Shown here piece after piece: positions 36,098-46,213 of a stretch of 64,000 nucleotides of DNA; the stretch's first letter is position 1; each line of letters opens with the position of its first letter. The notes beneath the pieces are model-generated. The model was not told the origin of the DNA, did no database searches, and worked only from the letters and a program-made list of their open reading frames with translations. Origin of the DNA: Flavobacteriales bacterium (lineage in GTDB: Bacteria > Bacteroidota > Bacteroidia > Flavobacteriales_F > PHOS-HE28); contig JAHBUK010000002.1 of the NCBI GenBank assembly GCA_019638115.1, forward strand, positions 5,867-69,866. The letters are read 5' to 3'. A program made the position numbers and the translations under genes.

Positions 36098-38488
36098 ATG
36101 CGCCCACAGAAACTCCTCCCCATGATCGCCCTGCTGTTGCCGGGCCTGTTGCACGCCCAGAACCAGGTGGTGAAGGGCACCGTGAAGGACGCCGACACCC
36201 AGATGCCCCTGATAGGCGTGAACATCGTACTGCTGGAAAGCGCCCCCTTTCTCGGTACCACCACTGACCTCGATGGCCGCTTCCGCATGGAAGGTGTGCC
36301 CGTGGGGCGCCAGCAATTGCAGGTCACGTCCATCGGCTACAAGAGCACCGTGATCCCCAACGTGCTGGTGACCGCCGGCAAGGAAGTGGTGCTGGAGATC
36401 GGCCTCACCGCATCCGTGGAGAGCCTGCAGGAAGTGGTGATCACCGGCGAGCGCAGCAAGGACCGGCCCGCCAACGACCTGGCCAAGGTGAGCGCCCGCA
36501 CCTTCAGCCTGGAGGAGGTGACACGCTACAGCGGTGGCCGCAACGATGTGGCGCGCCTGGCCACCAACTTCGCCGGGGTGAGCGCCGCCAACGATGCGCG
36601 CAACGACATTGTCGTACGCGGCAACTCGCCCACCGGCCTGCTCTGGCGTATCGAGGGATTACCCATCGGCACCACCAACCACTTCGGTACGCTGGGCACC
36701 ACCGGTGGTCCGGTGAGCGCGCTCAACACCAACCTGCTCCGCACGAGCGATTTCCTCAGCGGCGCCTTTCCGGCGGAATACGGCAACGTGAACGCGGCCG
36801 TGTTCGATGTGAAATTCCGCAACGGCAATCCGGACAAGCACGAGTTCACCGCGCAGATGGCGGCCTTCAGCGGCGCGGAGTTGATGGCCGAGGGGCCGCT
36901 GAGCCGCAAGAACCAGTCGTCGTACCTGGTGAGCTACCGCTATGGCATCGCCGGTGCCGCCGCCACGGGAACCAGCGCCGTGCCCTACTTCCAGGACCTT
37001 GCCTTCAAGCTCAACTTCGGGCAAAGCAAGCTGGGGCGTTTCGAGCTCTTCGGCATGGGCGGCCGCAGCAGCATCGACTTCCTCGGGGCCGAGATCGACA
37101 GCACCGACCTTTTCGCCGATCCCACAGTGGACACCTACTTCCGCTCCGACGTGGCGCTCATCGGACTCTCGCACTTCCTGCAGCTCGATGACAAAAGCTA
37201 CCTGAAGACCACCATCGGCAGCACCTACCTCGGCACCGACTTCACGCAGGACAACATCCTCGGCGGTGCCAGCGACCAGGCCGCACGCCGCTACCAGGCC
37301 ACCACCGCGCTGGACCGCGAACAACGCTACACCGTGAGCAGCCAATACAACCGCAAGTTCTCGCCGCGTTTCAGCCTGCGTGCCGGCATCCTCAACGAGT
37401 TGTACGACCTCGACATCGATTGGAAGGACCGCGACCGCCGTGCCGGCATCCCCGACCTGGATGGCGACAGCATCCCCGACTTCTTCGTGCAGGTGCGCGA
37501 TGTACAGGGCACGATCAACCTCTTCCAAGCCTATGCGCAGGGCGAGTACAAGTTCACGGACGAACTCAGCTTCACCGCCGGTGTACATGGCCAGCACCTC
37601 GACCTCAACAACGATGTGATGCTCGCCCCGCGCGCCGCGCTCGCCTGGCAGTTCCGCCCGCGCCAACGCCTTTCGCTCGCCTACGGTCTGCATGGCCAGA
37701 TGGCCCCCTTGCCGGTGCTGCTCTACGTGGATCCCACCACCGGCGCGAACAACCGCGACCTGAAGTTCCAGAAGGCCCACCACGTGGTGCTCGCCTATGA
37801 TCATCGCTTCGAGGGCGACTGGCGCGTGAAGACCGAAGCCTATCACCAGTGGCTCTACGACGTGGGCATCGAGCGCACGCCCAGCAGTTACTCCGTGCTG
37901 AACGAGGGAGCGGACTTCATCTTCACCGAGCGAGCCGGACTGGTGAGCGATGGCACGGGCCGCAACTACGGCGTGGAACTCACCATCGAGAAGTTCCTGA
38001 GCCGCGGCTACTATGCGCTGGCCACCGCATCGGTCTTCGATTCGCGCTACACCGGCAGTGACGGCATCGAGCGCAACACCGGCTTCGCCAACCGCTACGT
38101 GCTGAACACCCTATTGGGCAAGGAGTGGGGCATCGGCAAGGACAAGCGCAACGCCCTCACCTTCGACACGCGCCTCACCACCAGCGGCGGTCGGCCCTTC
38201 AGCCCCATCGACCTGGAAGCCACCCGCGAAAACCTGGGTCGCGAGGTGTACGTGGACAGCGAGGCCTTCAGCAAACGCTACGATGCCTACCTGCGCCTTG
38301 ATGTGAAGTTCGGCATGCGCCTCAACGGCAAGGCCGGCAAGGTGAGCCACCAATTCTTCGTGGACCTGCAGAACATCACCGACCGTGAGAACATTTTCGT
38401 GGAGCGCTACAACCGCGTCACCGACCGCGTGGGCCCGGTGTACCAGAACGGGTTCTTCCCGGATTTTATGTACCGCGTTCAGTTTTAG
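36098..38488 (+). CDS. TonB-dependent receptor with N-terminal carboxypeptidase-regulatory-like domain
   Basis: It has the signal MRPQKLLPMIALLLPGLLHAQ and a CarbopepD_reg-like region VKGTVKDADTQMPLIGVNI. It has a plug domain and the C-terminal beta-barrel terminus YRVQF. Confidence 0.85.
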   Translation: MRPQKLLPMIALLLPGLLHAQNQVVKGTVKDADTQMPLIGVNIVLLESAPFLGTTTDLDGRFRMEGVPVGRQQLQVTSIGYKSTVIPNVLVTAGKEVVLEIGLTASVESLQEVVITGERSKDRPANDLAKVSARTFSLEEVTRYSGGRNDVARLATNFAGVSAANDARNDIVVRGNSPTGLLWRIEGLPIGTTNHFGTLGTTGGPVSALNTNLLRTSDFLSGAFPAEYGNVNAAVFDVKFRNGNPDKHEFTAQMAAFSGAELMAEGPLSRKNQSSYLVSYRYGIAGAAATGTSAVPYFQDLAFKLNFGQSKLGRFELFGMGGRSSIDFLGAEIDSTDLFADPTVDTYFRSDVALIGLSHFLQLDDKSYLKTTIGSTYLGTDFTQDNILGGASDQAARRYQATTALDREQRYTVSSQYNRKFSPRFSLRAGILNELYDLDIDWKDRDRRAGIPDLDGDSIPDFFVQVRDVQGTINLFQAYAQGEYKFTDELSFTAGVHGQHLDLNNDVMLAPRAALAWQFRPRQRLSLAYGLHGQMAPLPVLLYVDPTTGANNRDLKFQKAHHVVLAYDHRFEGDWRVKTEAYHQWLYDVGIERTPSSYSVLNEGADFIFTERAGLVSDGTGRNYGVELTIEKFLSRGYYALATASVFDSRYTGSDGIERNTGFANRYVLNTLLGKEWGIGKDKRNALTFDTRLTTSGGRPFSPIDLEATRENLGREVYVDSEAFSKRYDAYLRLDVKFGMRLNGKAGKVSHQFFVDLQNITDRENIFVERYNRVTDRVGPVYQNGFFPDFMYRVQF

Positions 38489-38496
38489 TAATACAG

Positions 38497-38640
38497 GGTG
38501 AATGGGAGTTGGTGAATGGCGAATGGGAAGTGCCGTCCCGCGATCATCAACCTCGCAACCTGTGCGACATCGTAGGCATTTCCCATTCACCACCTCCCAT
38601 TCATCACCTCCCATTCACCAACTCCCATTCACCATTCGCC
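38497..38640. repeat. composite palindromic element (GAATGGGAG nonamer arms, inverted CTCCCATTC arms)
   Basis: gggtgaatgggagttggtgaatggcgaatgggaag...core...catttcccattcaccacctcccattcatcacctcccattcaccaactcccattcacc has the same architecture as the GTGGCGA family. Confidence 0.7.
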
Positions 38641-38682
38641 TGTTCATTCACCTCTCCACCAACCAGCACCCCTCAACCAACC

Positions 38683-39498
38683 ATGCAACAGATCATCCTC
38701 ATCACCGGCGCTTCCAGCGGAATGGGCAAAGCCTTCGCGCAGCGCCTGCTCAACGAGGGCCACATCGTATACGGCGCCGCACGGCGTGTGGAGCGCATGC
38801 ACGACCTGGAGCACGCAGGCGGCCACGCGATCGCCATGGACGTTACCGATGATGCCTCAATGCAGGATGCCGTGGCGCGCATCATCGCTGAGCAGGGCCG
38901 CATCGACGTGCTGATCAACAACGCGGGCTACGCCATCTACGGTGCGGTGGAAGAGACAAGCATCGCGGACGCGCGCCGCCAGTTCGAGGTGAACCTCTTC
39001 GGACTGGGACGGCTCACGCAACTGGTGCTGCCCCACATGCGCAAGGCGGGCAAGGGGCGCATCATCAACATCAGCAGCATGGGCGGTAAGATGTACACGC
39101 CGCTGGGCGCCTGGTACCACGCCACCAAACACGCGCTGGAAGGCTGGAGCGATTGCCTGCGTTTGGAGCTGAAGCCCTTCGGCATCGATGTGGTGATCGT
39201 GCAACCGGGCATCATCAAGACCGAGTTCGCCGATGTGATGACCGCGCCAATGCTGCAACGCAGTGGTGTGGGGCCCTATGGCGAGTTGGCGCGACGCGTG
39301 GCCAAGGGTGCTGAGAACGGCAGGGAAGGCGGGCAGGGATCGGTACCCGAGGTGATCGCCGAGCTGGTGTCGAAGGCCGTCCGTGCCCGTAAACCGCGCA
39401 CCCGCTATGCCGGTGGTTTCCTGGCCAAGCCGGTGATGTTCATGCGCATCTACGGCGGCGACAGGCTGTTCGACAAGATGATCATGAAGGCGGCCTGA
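38683..39498 (+). CDS. SDR family oxidoreductase
   Basis: It has the TGASSGMGKA Rossmann motif and a YxxxK active site region (YHATKHALEGW). Confidence 0.85.
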   Translation: MQQIILITGASSGMGKAFAQRLLNEGHIVYGAARRVERMHDLEHAGGHAIAMDVTDDASMQDAVARIIAEQGRIDVLINNAGYAIYGAVEETSIADARRQFEVNLFGLGRLTQLVLPHMRKAGKGRIINISSMGGKMYTPLGAWYHATKHALEGWSDCLRLELKPFGIDVVIVQPGIIKTEFADVMTAPMLQRSGVGPYGELARRVAKGAENGREGGQGSVPEVIAELVSKAVRARKPRTRYAGGFLAKPVMFMRIYGGDRLFDKMIMKAA

Positions 39499-39510
39499 AC
39501 AAGCACGAAC

Positions 39511-39864
39511 ATGCCCATCCCCGAACTACCTGCAAGCTTTCATCTCTCCATCACCGGCCTTCGCGTGAAACCCGGCCTGATGAACCGCTTGCGTTTCCAG
39601 TACCATGCGGTGCGCTCCTTCATGCAGGCGCAGAAAGCACCGGGCGTGCTCCACGTGGCGGCCAGGCGCATCTACGGTGTGGAGCATACCGTCACAGCTT
39701 GGAAGGACCGCGATGCCATGCTGGCCTTCGTGCGCAGTGGGGCGCATCTGGAAGCCATGAAGGCCTTCCATCGGATCGCCGAGGGATCCACCTTCGGTTA
39801 CGCCACGGACCGCATACCGGACTGGCCGGAGGTGCATACGTTGTGGAAGGAGCGAGGGGTGTAG
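39511..39864 (+). CDS. hypothetical protein (DUF3291/ABM-like)
   Basis: The ORF has plausible codon usage. The fold assignment is tentative. Confidence 0.45.
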   Translation: MPIPELPASFHLSITGLRVKPGLMNRLRFQYHAVRSFMQAQKAPGVLHVAARRIYGVEHTVTAWKDRDAMLAFVRSGAHLEAMKAFHRIAEGSTFGYATDRIPDWPEVHTLWKERGV

Positions 39865-39919
39865 TATCGATAGTTCGATTTTCAAGTCGAAGATCGGATC
39901 GGGGATAAGCCTTCCTATC

Positions 39920-40468
39920 TTGCTCCCCGTGCCGGTAGAACCCATACAGCTTCTCGAACGCGTTGCCACTGGCGACGAGGCTGCATTGGCCGCACTTTAC
40001 GATGCGTTCAGTCCTGCCATTTATGGTGTGGTGCTGCGGATGGTGGAGAAGGAGGAGCAGGCACAGGAAGTGTTGCAGGACACCTTCGTGAAGATCTGGC
40101 GCAACGCCCGTTCGTACGACAGTGGCAAGGGGCGCCCCTTCACCTGGATGGTGAACATCGCCCGGAATGCCGCCATCGATCTGTTGCGCTCTGCGGATGT
40201 GAAGCGCAGTGAAATGATCCGACCGATAGAGGATCACGTATATCGGATCGGATGCGACGACCTGAACATGGATCTGGAAGGTGCCGATGTACGGAATGTG
40301 TTGACCAAATTGCGTCCGGAGCACCGCGACTTGATCGTACAGGCCTATTACCAAGGATATTCCCAGCAGGAGATCGCGGACCGGACCGGGTCTCCGCTTG
40401 GAACAGTGAAATCGCGCACACGCGCAGCTTTGCAGGAACTGAGAACTTTGCTCAAGGATCACCGATGA
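39920..40468 (+). CDS. RNA polymerase ECF-type sigma-70 factor
   Basis: It has region 2 (DTFVKIWRNA) and region 4 (YYQGYSQQEIADRTGSPLGTVKSR). Confidence 0.8.
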   Translation: MLPVPVEPIQLLERVATGDEAALAALYDAFSPAIYGVVLRMVEKEEQAQEVLQDTFVKIWRNARSYDSGKGRPFTWMVNIARNAAIDLLRSADVKRSEMIRPIEDHVYRIGCDDLNMDLEGADVRNVLTKLRPEHRDLIVQAYYQGYSQQEIADRTGSPLGTVKSRTRAALQELRTLLKDHR

Positions 40469-41277
40469 ACGCCGACGAGATCATCAGCAGTGGTATGCTC
40501 GAAGCCTACGCGATGGGCCAGCTGAGCGGTGCCGACGCGCGCGTGGTCGAACAGGCCTGCGCCGATGATCCGCGTGTGCGTGCGGAGTTGGACCAGATCG
40601 AAGAAGCGTTCGAGTTGCAGGCCATGGCAGCGGCCGTTGCTCCGCCACCCGCCATCAAGGCCCAGGTGTTGCAGGCGGTGAGCGCAGAGAAGAAGGGCCC
40701 TGCCACAGCACCACCGGTTATCCCCATAACGCGCGATACCAAGGCGCCACGCTCCTGGGCTTGGCTGGCAGCCGCGGCCACCATCGCCTTCGTGGTAAGC
40801 GCCGCCGTGAACGTGATGGTGCTTTCGGAACTGAAGAACGTGCGCGTTGAATTGGCGCGCTTGGAGAACGACCGCAGTGTGTTGGCGGAAGAACTACAGG
40901 TGCAGCGTGCTTCTTTGGAACGTTCGCAGAACATGCTGGCCGTGGTGAGCGATCCACGTATGCAAGTGGTGGCCCTGAACGGAACCGCCGCCGACCCGGC
41001 AGCCAAAGCCCGCGTATACTGGGACAAGGAGCGCAAGGCCGTACACATCGATGTGCTTCAATTGGCCCAAGCGCCAGCCGGTAAACAGTACCAGCTCTGG
41101 GCCATCGTGGATGGACAGCCGGTGGATGCCGGTGTGTTCGACATGGGTGATGGTACCGCACCGATCCAAGCCATGAAGGGCATCGGCAACGCGCAGGCTT
41201 TCGCGGTAACGCTGGAGCCCGAGGGCGGAAGCGTGAACCCCACCTTGGAGGCCATGGTCCTCATCGGTCAGGTCTGA
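40465..41277 (+). CDS. anti-sigma factor (RskA-like)
   Basis: It overlaps the sigma gene stop, has a single TM (AWLAAAATIAFVVSAAVNVMVL), and has an anti-sigma-K-like C-terminal domain. Confidence 0.7.
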   Translation: MNADEIISSGMLEAYAMGQLSGADARVVEQACADDPRVRAELDQIEEAFELQAMAAAVAPPPAIKAQVLQAVSAEKKGPATAPPVIPITRDTKAPRSWAWLAAAATIAFVVSAAVNVMVLSELKNVRVELARLENDRSVLAEELQVQRASLERSQNMLAVVSDPRMQVVALNGTAADPAAKARVYWDKERKAVHIDVLQLAQAPAGKQYQLWAIVDGQPVDAGVFDMGDGTAPIQAMKGIGNAQAFAVTLEPEGGSVNPTLEAMVLIGQV

Positions 41278-41486
41278 TCCAACTTACCACCGACCATTCT
41301 TCATTTTTTTTCGGTGTGATGATCGACCCGGTGCAGTTGCGCTGTGTGGTACGAGCTGCTTAGCGGTCTGAAGAATAGAGCGTTAGGGAGCGGCGAAGAT
41401 TTTTCTTCTGCCATGTGATCCGATCGGACCGGAGCGGCCGTATGTGAAAGGGACAGGACTCTTCACAACACCAAACCAGTTCGATC

Positions 41487-44400
41487 ATGAGACGACCAAC
41501 TATCCGCAACTATGTTGTTTGTGCCGCCTTCTGCGCGGCCCTTCCCGGGGCGTGGGCTGCCACCATACCGGTAACCAATACCAACGATGCAGGTGCCGGT
41601 TCGCTTCGCGAAGCGGTCGCGCTTGCGAACGCGGGTGACACCATCACCTTCGATGCATCCACCAACGGAACACCCATCGTGCTCGGCACCGGTGGTATCT
41701 CCATTGCCGTTCCGCTCACTGTGCTTGGCAACGGTGCTTCCAATACGGTGATCAGCGGTGGAATGCTGGATCGCGTCTTCCACATCACCAATGCGGACGG
41801 CGTGGAACTGAACGGCCTCACCCTTACCATGGGGCAGGCAGAGCACGGTGGAGCGTTGCTCATCGCGGGTTCCACGGTAAGCCTGGTGGAATGTATGGTC
41901 ACCAACAGCATGGCCATGATCAACGGTGGTGGTATTCATGCTACTGGCGGATCATTGTTCCTGATGGGTACCACCGTTTCGGGCAACGTTGCTTCCGGAG
42001 CTGCGGCTTCGGAAGGTGGTGGTGGCATCTACAACGCAATGAACACGTTGATGATCGATGCCACGTCGGCATTGACCAACAACATGGCCAATGGTGCCAG
42101 CGGGAACGGAGGTGGTCTATTCACGGCATCGGGTGTGGTGCAGATCACCGGCGCCACCATCTCGGGCAATGCTGCCAACCGCGCTGGTGGTGGTATCGAG
42201 ATCACCGTGGGTGACCTGCTCTTGGCGGATGTGATGCTCAGCGACAACGATGTGGCTGGAATGGCCGGCACACCGAACCCAGGCAATGGTGGCGGATTGC
42301 ATGCCACCGGTGCAAGTACCATCATGATCACGGGCGGTACAGTGACCATGAACCGCGCTGGCCGCGAAGGTGGTGGCCTGTGGAATGCTGCCGGTACCAT
42401 GACGGTGGATGGCGTAGTGGTGGATAACAACGTGGCGCACGGTCCTGCGGCACACGACGGTGGAGGTGGACTCTTCAACAACGGTGGAACGTTGATCGTG
42501 CAGAACGGCACCATGATCACCAACAACGTGGCCGATGGCGCTGCCGGCAGTGGCGGTGGTGTCTTCAACGAAGTGAATGGTGTGCTCACGATCACCGGAA
42601 GTACCATAATGGGTAACTCCGCCGTGCGTGCTGGTGGTGGCATCGAGGACAATGCCGGCGCAGCCGGTAGTGTCACTTTGGTGGATGTGATCCTGAACAA
42701 CAACATGACGGGTAGTGCGCCGGGTAATGGTGGTGGTTTCCACATCACCGGTCCTGGTGTCGCGACGATCACTGGCGGAACCGTGAACGGCAACGTTGCT
42801 GCCCTTGAAGGCGGTGGCTTGTGGAATGGCACCGGCACCATGCTGGTGGATGGTGTAACGATCGATGGCAACGTGGCCAACGGCGCCCTGGCCGATCAAG
42901 GCGGTGGCGGCATCTTCGCCATTGGCGGAACCGTTACGGTCCAAAACGGAACGGTGATCAGCAACAACATGGCGAACGGCGCTGCGGGTAGCGGCGGCGG
43001 TATCATGATCGATACCACGGCCACGCTGATCATCATGAACAGCACCTTGCACAACAACCACGCGAACCGCGCGGGTGGTGGCATCGAGATCTTCGGTAAA
43101 CCCGGTTTGCTGCACGTGGTAACGGACGTGATCTTCACCGACAATACCACCGGTCCTGCGCCAGGCAATGGCGGTGCGGTCCACATCACAGGCCCCGGCG
43201 ACATGAACATCACCGGCGGATCGGTGACCGGCAATACCGCCACTCGTGAAGGCGGTGGTCTTTGGAACGGCTCCGGAACCATGGTGGTGGATGCCGTGAT
43301 GATCGATGGCAACATCGCAAGCGGCCCTGCTGCGGATGATGGTGGAGGGGGACTCTTCAACAATGGTGGAACACTGATCGTGCAGAACGGTACCATGGTG
43401 ACCAACAACATCGCCGATGGTGCTGCTGGTAGCGGTGGTGGCCTGTTCAACTTCAACGGAGTGGTCATGGTCGATTCCGTGTACTTCGGCATGAACGAAG
43501 CGGTGCGTGCGGGTGGTGGCATTGAAGCGCTCAACGGAACCACCACCGTGAGCAACTCCATGTTCGTTGGCAACGACTGTTCAGCGGAAGGAGTGCTTCC
43601 CGCCTTTGCGCCGGGTAATGGCGGAGCGGTACACGTGACCGGTGCAGGAGTGTTCACCTTCATGACCAGCACGGCGGAGAACAACAAGGCAGGCAACGAA
43701 GGAGGCGGTCTTTGGGGAGCCAACGCGGGCGTGCTGAACGTCGTGCGCAGTACGGTGAACGACAATCTTGCGCCCAAGGGTGGCGGCCTCTTCCTGCAAG
43801 GTGGTGGTCCTGATACGGGCGTGATGCTCGTGGATCGTTCCACGGTAGCAGCGAACAAAGCGACCACTGGTGGCGGTGTGCAGGTGAATGGTGGCGAGGC
43901 GATGTTGCTGGCCTCCACGATCGCAGGCAACAGCGCCTTGGAGACCGGTGGTGGCGCATTCCTGATGGCTGGCATGATCAGCACCAACAGTTCCATCATT
44001 GCGGACAACACGGCGCCGATGGCCGCTGACTTCAGTGGTGGTTTCAGCAACGCCATGTTCACCTTGGTGGAAGATGGAACGGGTGCAATGGGCATCGCCG
44101 ATGGCGTTGACGGCAACCTGGTCGGTGCGGATCCCGGCCTCATGCCCTTGATGGACAACGGTGGAGCTACGCGTACCATGGGCCTGGCTTGTGGCAGCGT
44201 TGCCATCAACGCCGGAGATCCTGCCCTGATGGACGACGATCAGCGGGGCATGCCGGTGTTCAACATGCAGCGTGACATGGGTGCTTTCGAGCTGCAAGTG
44301 GATTGCGATTCACTCTGTGCCGAATTCTCCGTGGAGATCGAAACGGGTTGTGTTGCCGTGGACAATGGTTGGGCGAACATCGTTGAGATCAACGGAGCCA

Positions 44401-44834
44401 TGGAACCCTACTACATCGAATGGAGCACGGGCTCCATGGAGATGGGCATCACCGATCTCATGGATGGCGACTACTGGGTGATCGTGAAGGATGTGAACGG
44501 CTGTGTCACGAAAGTGGATTTCACGATCGACTGTAGCACGGTCGGCGTGGGCGAATTGGAAGGACCACTGGGAGCAAGTGTGAGTTTGTACCCTGTACCT
44601 GCCAATGAGCTGCTGAACGTTTCCGTGACGACTGCGGTGGATGGTGTGATGGACCTGTTTGTGACGGATGCTGTCGGACGCCGGGTGATGGAATTCACTT
44701 CGGAAGTGTTTGCGGCCGGTGCGCTGCGCACGGTAACGATGGATGTGGGTGCATTGGGCAATGGTAGCTACCTGCTCACGATGGTCGGTCGCAATGGATC
44801 GACAAGCTCCGTACGCTTCATCATAGCGCGGTAA
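41487..44834 (+). CDS. large T9SS-secreted parallel beta-helix repeat protein with SprB repeat and Por C-terminal sorting domain
   Basis: It has tens of GGG(L/I)(F/W)N...GT(L/M)x(V/I) beta-helix units. It has an SprB-type repeat (EPYYIEWSTGSMEMGITDLMDGDYWVIVKDVNGC). The C-terminus SYLLTMVGRNGSTSSVRFIIAR is a T9SS CTD. Confidence 0.8.
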   Translation: MRRPTIRNYVVCAAFCAALPGAWAATIPVTNTNDAGAGSLREAVALANAGDTITFDASTNGTPIVLGTGGISIAVPLTVLGNGASNTVISGGMLDRVFHITNADGVELNGLTLTMGQAEHGGALLIAGSTVSLVECMVTNSMAMINGGGIHATGGSLFLMGTTVSGNVASGAAASEGGGGIYNAMNTLMIDATSALTNNMANGASGNGGGLFTASGVVQITGATISGNAANRAGGGIEITVGDLLLADVMLSDNDVAGMAGTPNPGNGGGLHATGASTIMITGGTVTMNRAGREGGGLWNAAGTMTVDGVVVDNNVAHGPAAHDGGGGLFNNGGTLIVQNGTMITNNVADGAAGSGGGVFNEVNGVLTITGSTIMGNSAVRAGGGIEDNAGAAGSVTLVDVILNNNMTGSAPGNGGGFHITGPGVATITGGTVNGNVAALEGGGLWNGTGTMLVDGVTIDGNVANGALADQGGGGIFAIGGTVTVQNGTVISNNMANGAAGSGGGIMIDTTATLIIMNSTLHNNHANRAGGGIEIFGKPGLLHVVTDVIFTDNTTGPAPGNGGAVHITGPGDMNITGGSVTGNTATREGGGLWNGSGTMVVDAVMIDGNIASGPAADDGGGGLFNNGGTLIVQNGTMVTNNIADGAAGSGGGLFNFNGVVMVDSVYFGMNEAVRAGGGIEALNGTTTVSNSMFVGNDCSAEGVLPAFAPGNGGAVHVTGAGVFTFMTSTAENNKAGNEGGGLWGANAGVLNVVRSTVNDNLAPKGGGLFLQGGGPDTGVMLVDRSTVAANKATTGGGVQVNGGEAMLLASTIAGNSALETGGGAFLMAGMISTNSSIIADNTAPMAADFSGGFSNAMFTLVEDGTGAMGIADGVDGNLVGADPGLMPLMDNGGATRTMGLACGSVAINAGDPALMDDDQRGMPVFNMQRDMGAFELQVDCDSLCAEFSVEIETGCVAVDNGWANIVEINGAMEPYYIEWSTGSMEMGITDLMDGDYWVIVKDVNGCVTKVDFTIDCSTVGVGELEGPLGASVSLYPVPANELLNVSVTTAVDGVMDLFVTDAVGRRVMEFTSEVFAAGALRTVTMDVGALGNGSYLLTMVGRNGSTSSVRFIIAR

Positions 44835-45059
44835 CGCACGTACACCTGTTGCTTGGATGGGCCATTCCGAAAGGGATGGCCCATTCGCATTGGAGTAGGT
44901 CCACACAGGAATGAGCGGAAGTGATGGAAGAGGGAGTCGCGGAAAGAATTTACGGGAGCGTCGATCCAAAGCATCATCCGGCACCGTATGTCTGTTTGAA
45001 GGTGGCCGAGCTAAAACAAGCAAAGCAGGCGCCACCGGAAACAACCAAAACCAAGAACA

Positions 45060-45629
45060 ATGAGAACGATGAGGAATTTGGGTCTGGCCTTGATGATGAT
45101 GGGTCCGATCGGCTTCGCGAATGCGCAAAGCGAAAAGGGGAATACCGTGATGGTGGGAGGCGAGGCGATGTACCCGATGAAGGACATCGTTACGAATGCA
45201 GTGAACTCCAAGGACCACACCACCTTGGTAGCTGCTGTGAAAGCGGCAGGTTTGGTGGTCACGCTTCAGGGTGATGGTCCTTTCACCGTTCTCGCCCCCA
45301 CCAACGCGGCGTTCGCCCAACTGCCAGCAGGTACCGTGGACAACCTGCTGAAGCCGGAGAACAAGAACACGCTTACCACGGTGCTTACCTACCACGTTCT
45401 TGCCGGCAAGTTCGATTCCGCTGCGATCAAAGCAGCGATCAAGAAGGGAGGTGGAAAGGCGAAGATGAAGACCGTGGCCGGACAGGAGCTCACCTTCAGC
45501 CTGAATGGCCCGAACAACATCACGGTGTGGGATGCGAATGGTGGATATGCCAACATCAGCATCTACGACGTGAACCAGAGCAATGGTGTGATCCATGTGA
45601 TCGATACCGTACTGCTTCCCAAGAACTGA
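45060..45629 (+). CDS. fasciclin (FAS1) domain protein
   Basis: It has DHTTLVAAVKAAGLV, FTVLAPTNAAFAQLP and GVIHVIDTVLLP. Confidence 0.85.
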   Translation: MRTMRNLGLALMMMGPIGFANAQSEKGNTVMVGGEAMYPMKDIVTNAVNSKDHTTLVAAVKAAGLVVTLQGDGPFTVLAPTNAAFAQLPAGTVDNLLKPENKNTLTTVLTYHVLAGKFDSAAIKAAIKKGGGKAKMKTVAGQELTFSLNGPNNITVWDANGGYANISIYDVNQSNGVIHVIDTVLLPKN

Positions 45630-45657
45630 AACCGATCGATGTGGTGTTCCGGTGGTA

Positions 45658-45691
45658 GGGGCCGCTTTCGTCAACAATGACGGAGCGGCCC
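45658..45691 (+). terminator. nested hairpin downstream of the fasciclin gene (gggccgct ... agcggccc), no clear T-run
   Basis: It was seen directly. Confidence 0.3.
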
Positions 45692-45745
45692 TGACCGGAA
45701 CTCGAAAGGAAATCAGGCATTGAACAACCCCAAGTACCGATCACC

Positions 45746-46156
45746 ATGTGCAGAACATCGCTCACCCTTCAACGGATCTTCTTCGCAGCCCTTGCGGTCG
45801 TTGTATTGCTCGGCGGCGCGTTGGCTTATCATGTTCACCAAGTGACCAGCGCGCCCAAAGGGCATCTTGCCAACATTCAAATGGCTCGCATGGACCTTCA
45901 AGGTTCCATCGATCAGGAGCAGGCAGCTGAATTAAAACATGCGATACTGGCGGTAGCAGGTGTGCAACACTGCTTCGTGAACAGCGATGCAGGTACGGTA
46001 ACCTACGGCTATGACCGAAAGGTGCTGACGCAAGATGCCGTGGTCGACCAGGTGCGCAAGACCACTTCACTACCCGTGGAACAATTCGTGGTCTCCGCGA
46101 AAGATGTTGCGGGCGGATGCCCCATTAAAGCCCCCAGTGCATCCAGCTTCTGGTGA
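45746..46156 (+). CDS. hypothetical membrane-anchored protein (HMA-like fold without CxxC)
   Basis: It has an N-terminal TM helix and then a roughly 70-aa beta-alpha-beta-like region. This is weak. Confidence 0.4.
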   Translation: MCRTSLTLQRIFFAALAVVVLLGGALAYHVHQVTSAPKGHLANIQMARMDLQGSIDQEQAAELKHAILAVAGVQHCFVNSDAGTVTYGYDRKVLTQDAVVDQVRKTTSLPVEQFVVSAKDVAGGCPIKAPSASSFW

Positions 46157-46213
46157 ACAAGATGCTGGAGAACACCATGATGAACGAACCTCTGAACAAA
46201 CACCACAACAACC

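Noticed and set aside
39876-39905. Hairpin ttcgattttcaagtcgaa after the DUF3291 gene (tRNA-like at first glance)
   Set aside because: It is only a short stem-loop. There is no tRNA cloverleaf or conserved T-arm and no T-run. It may be a weak terminator.
42029-44297. Several long minus-strand ORFs
   Set aside because: They are antisense to the beta-helix repeat gene. The repetitive GC-rich coding sequence yields open antisense frames.
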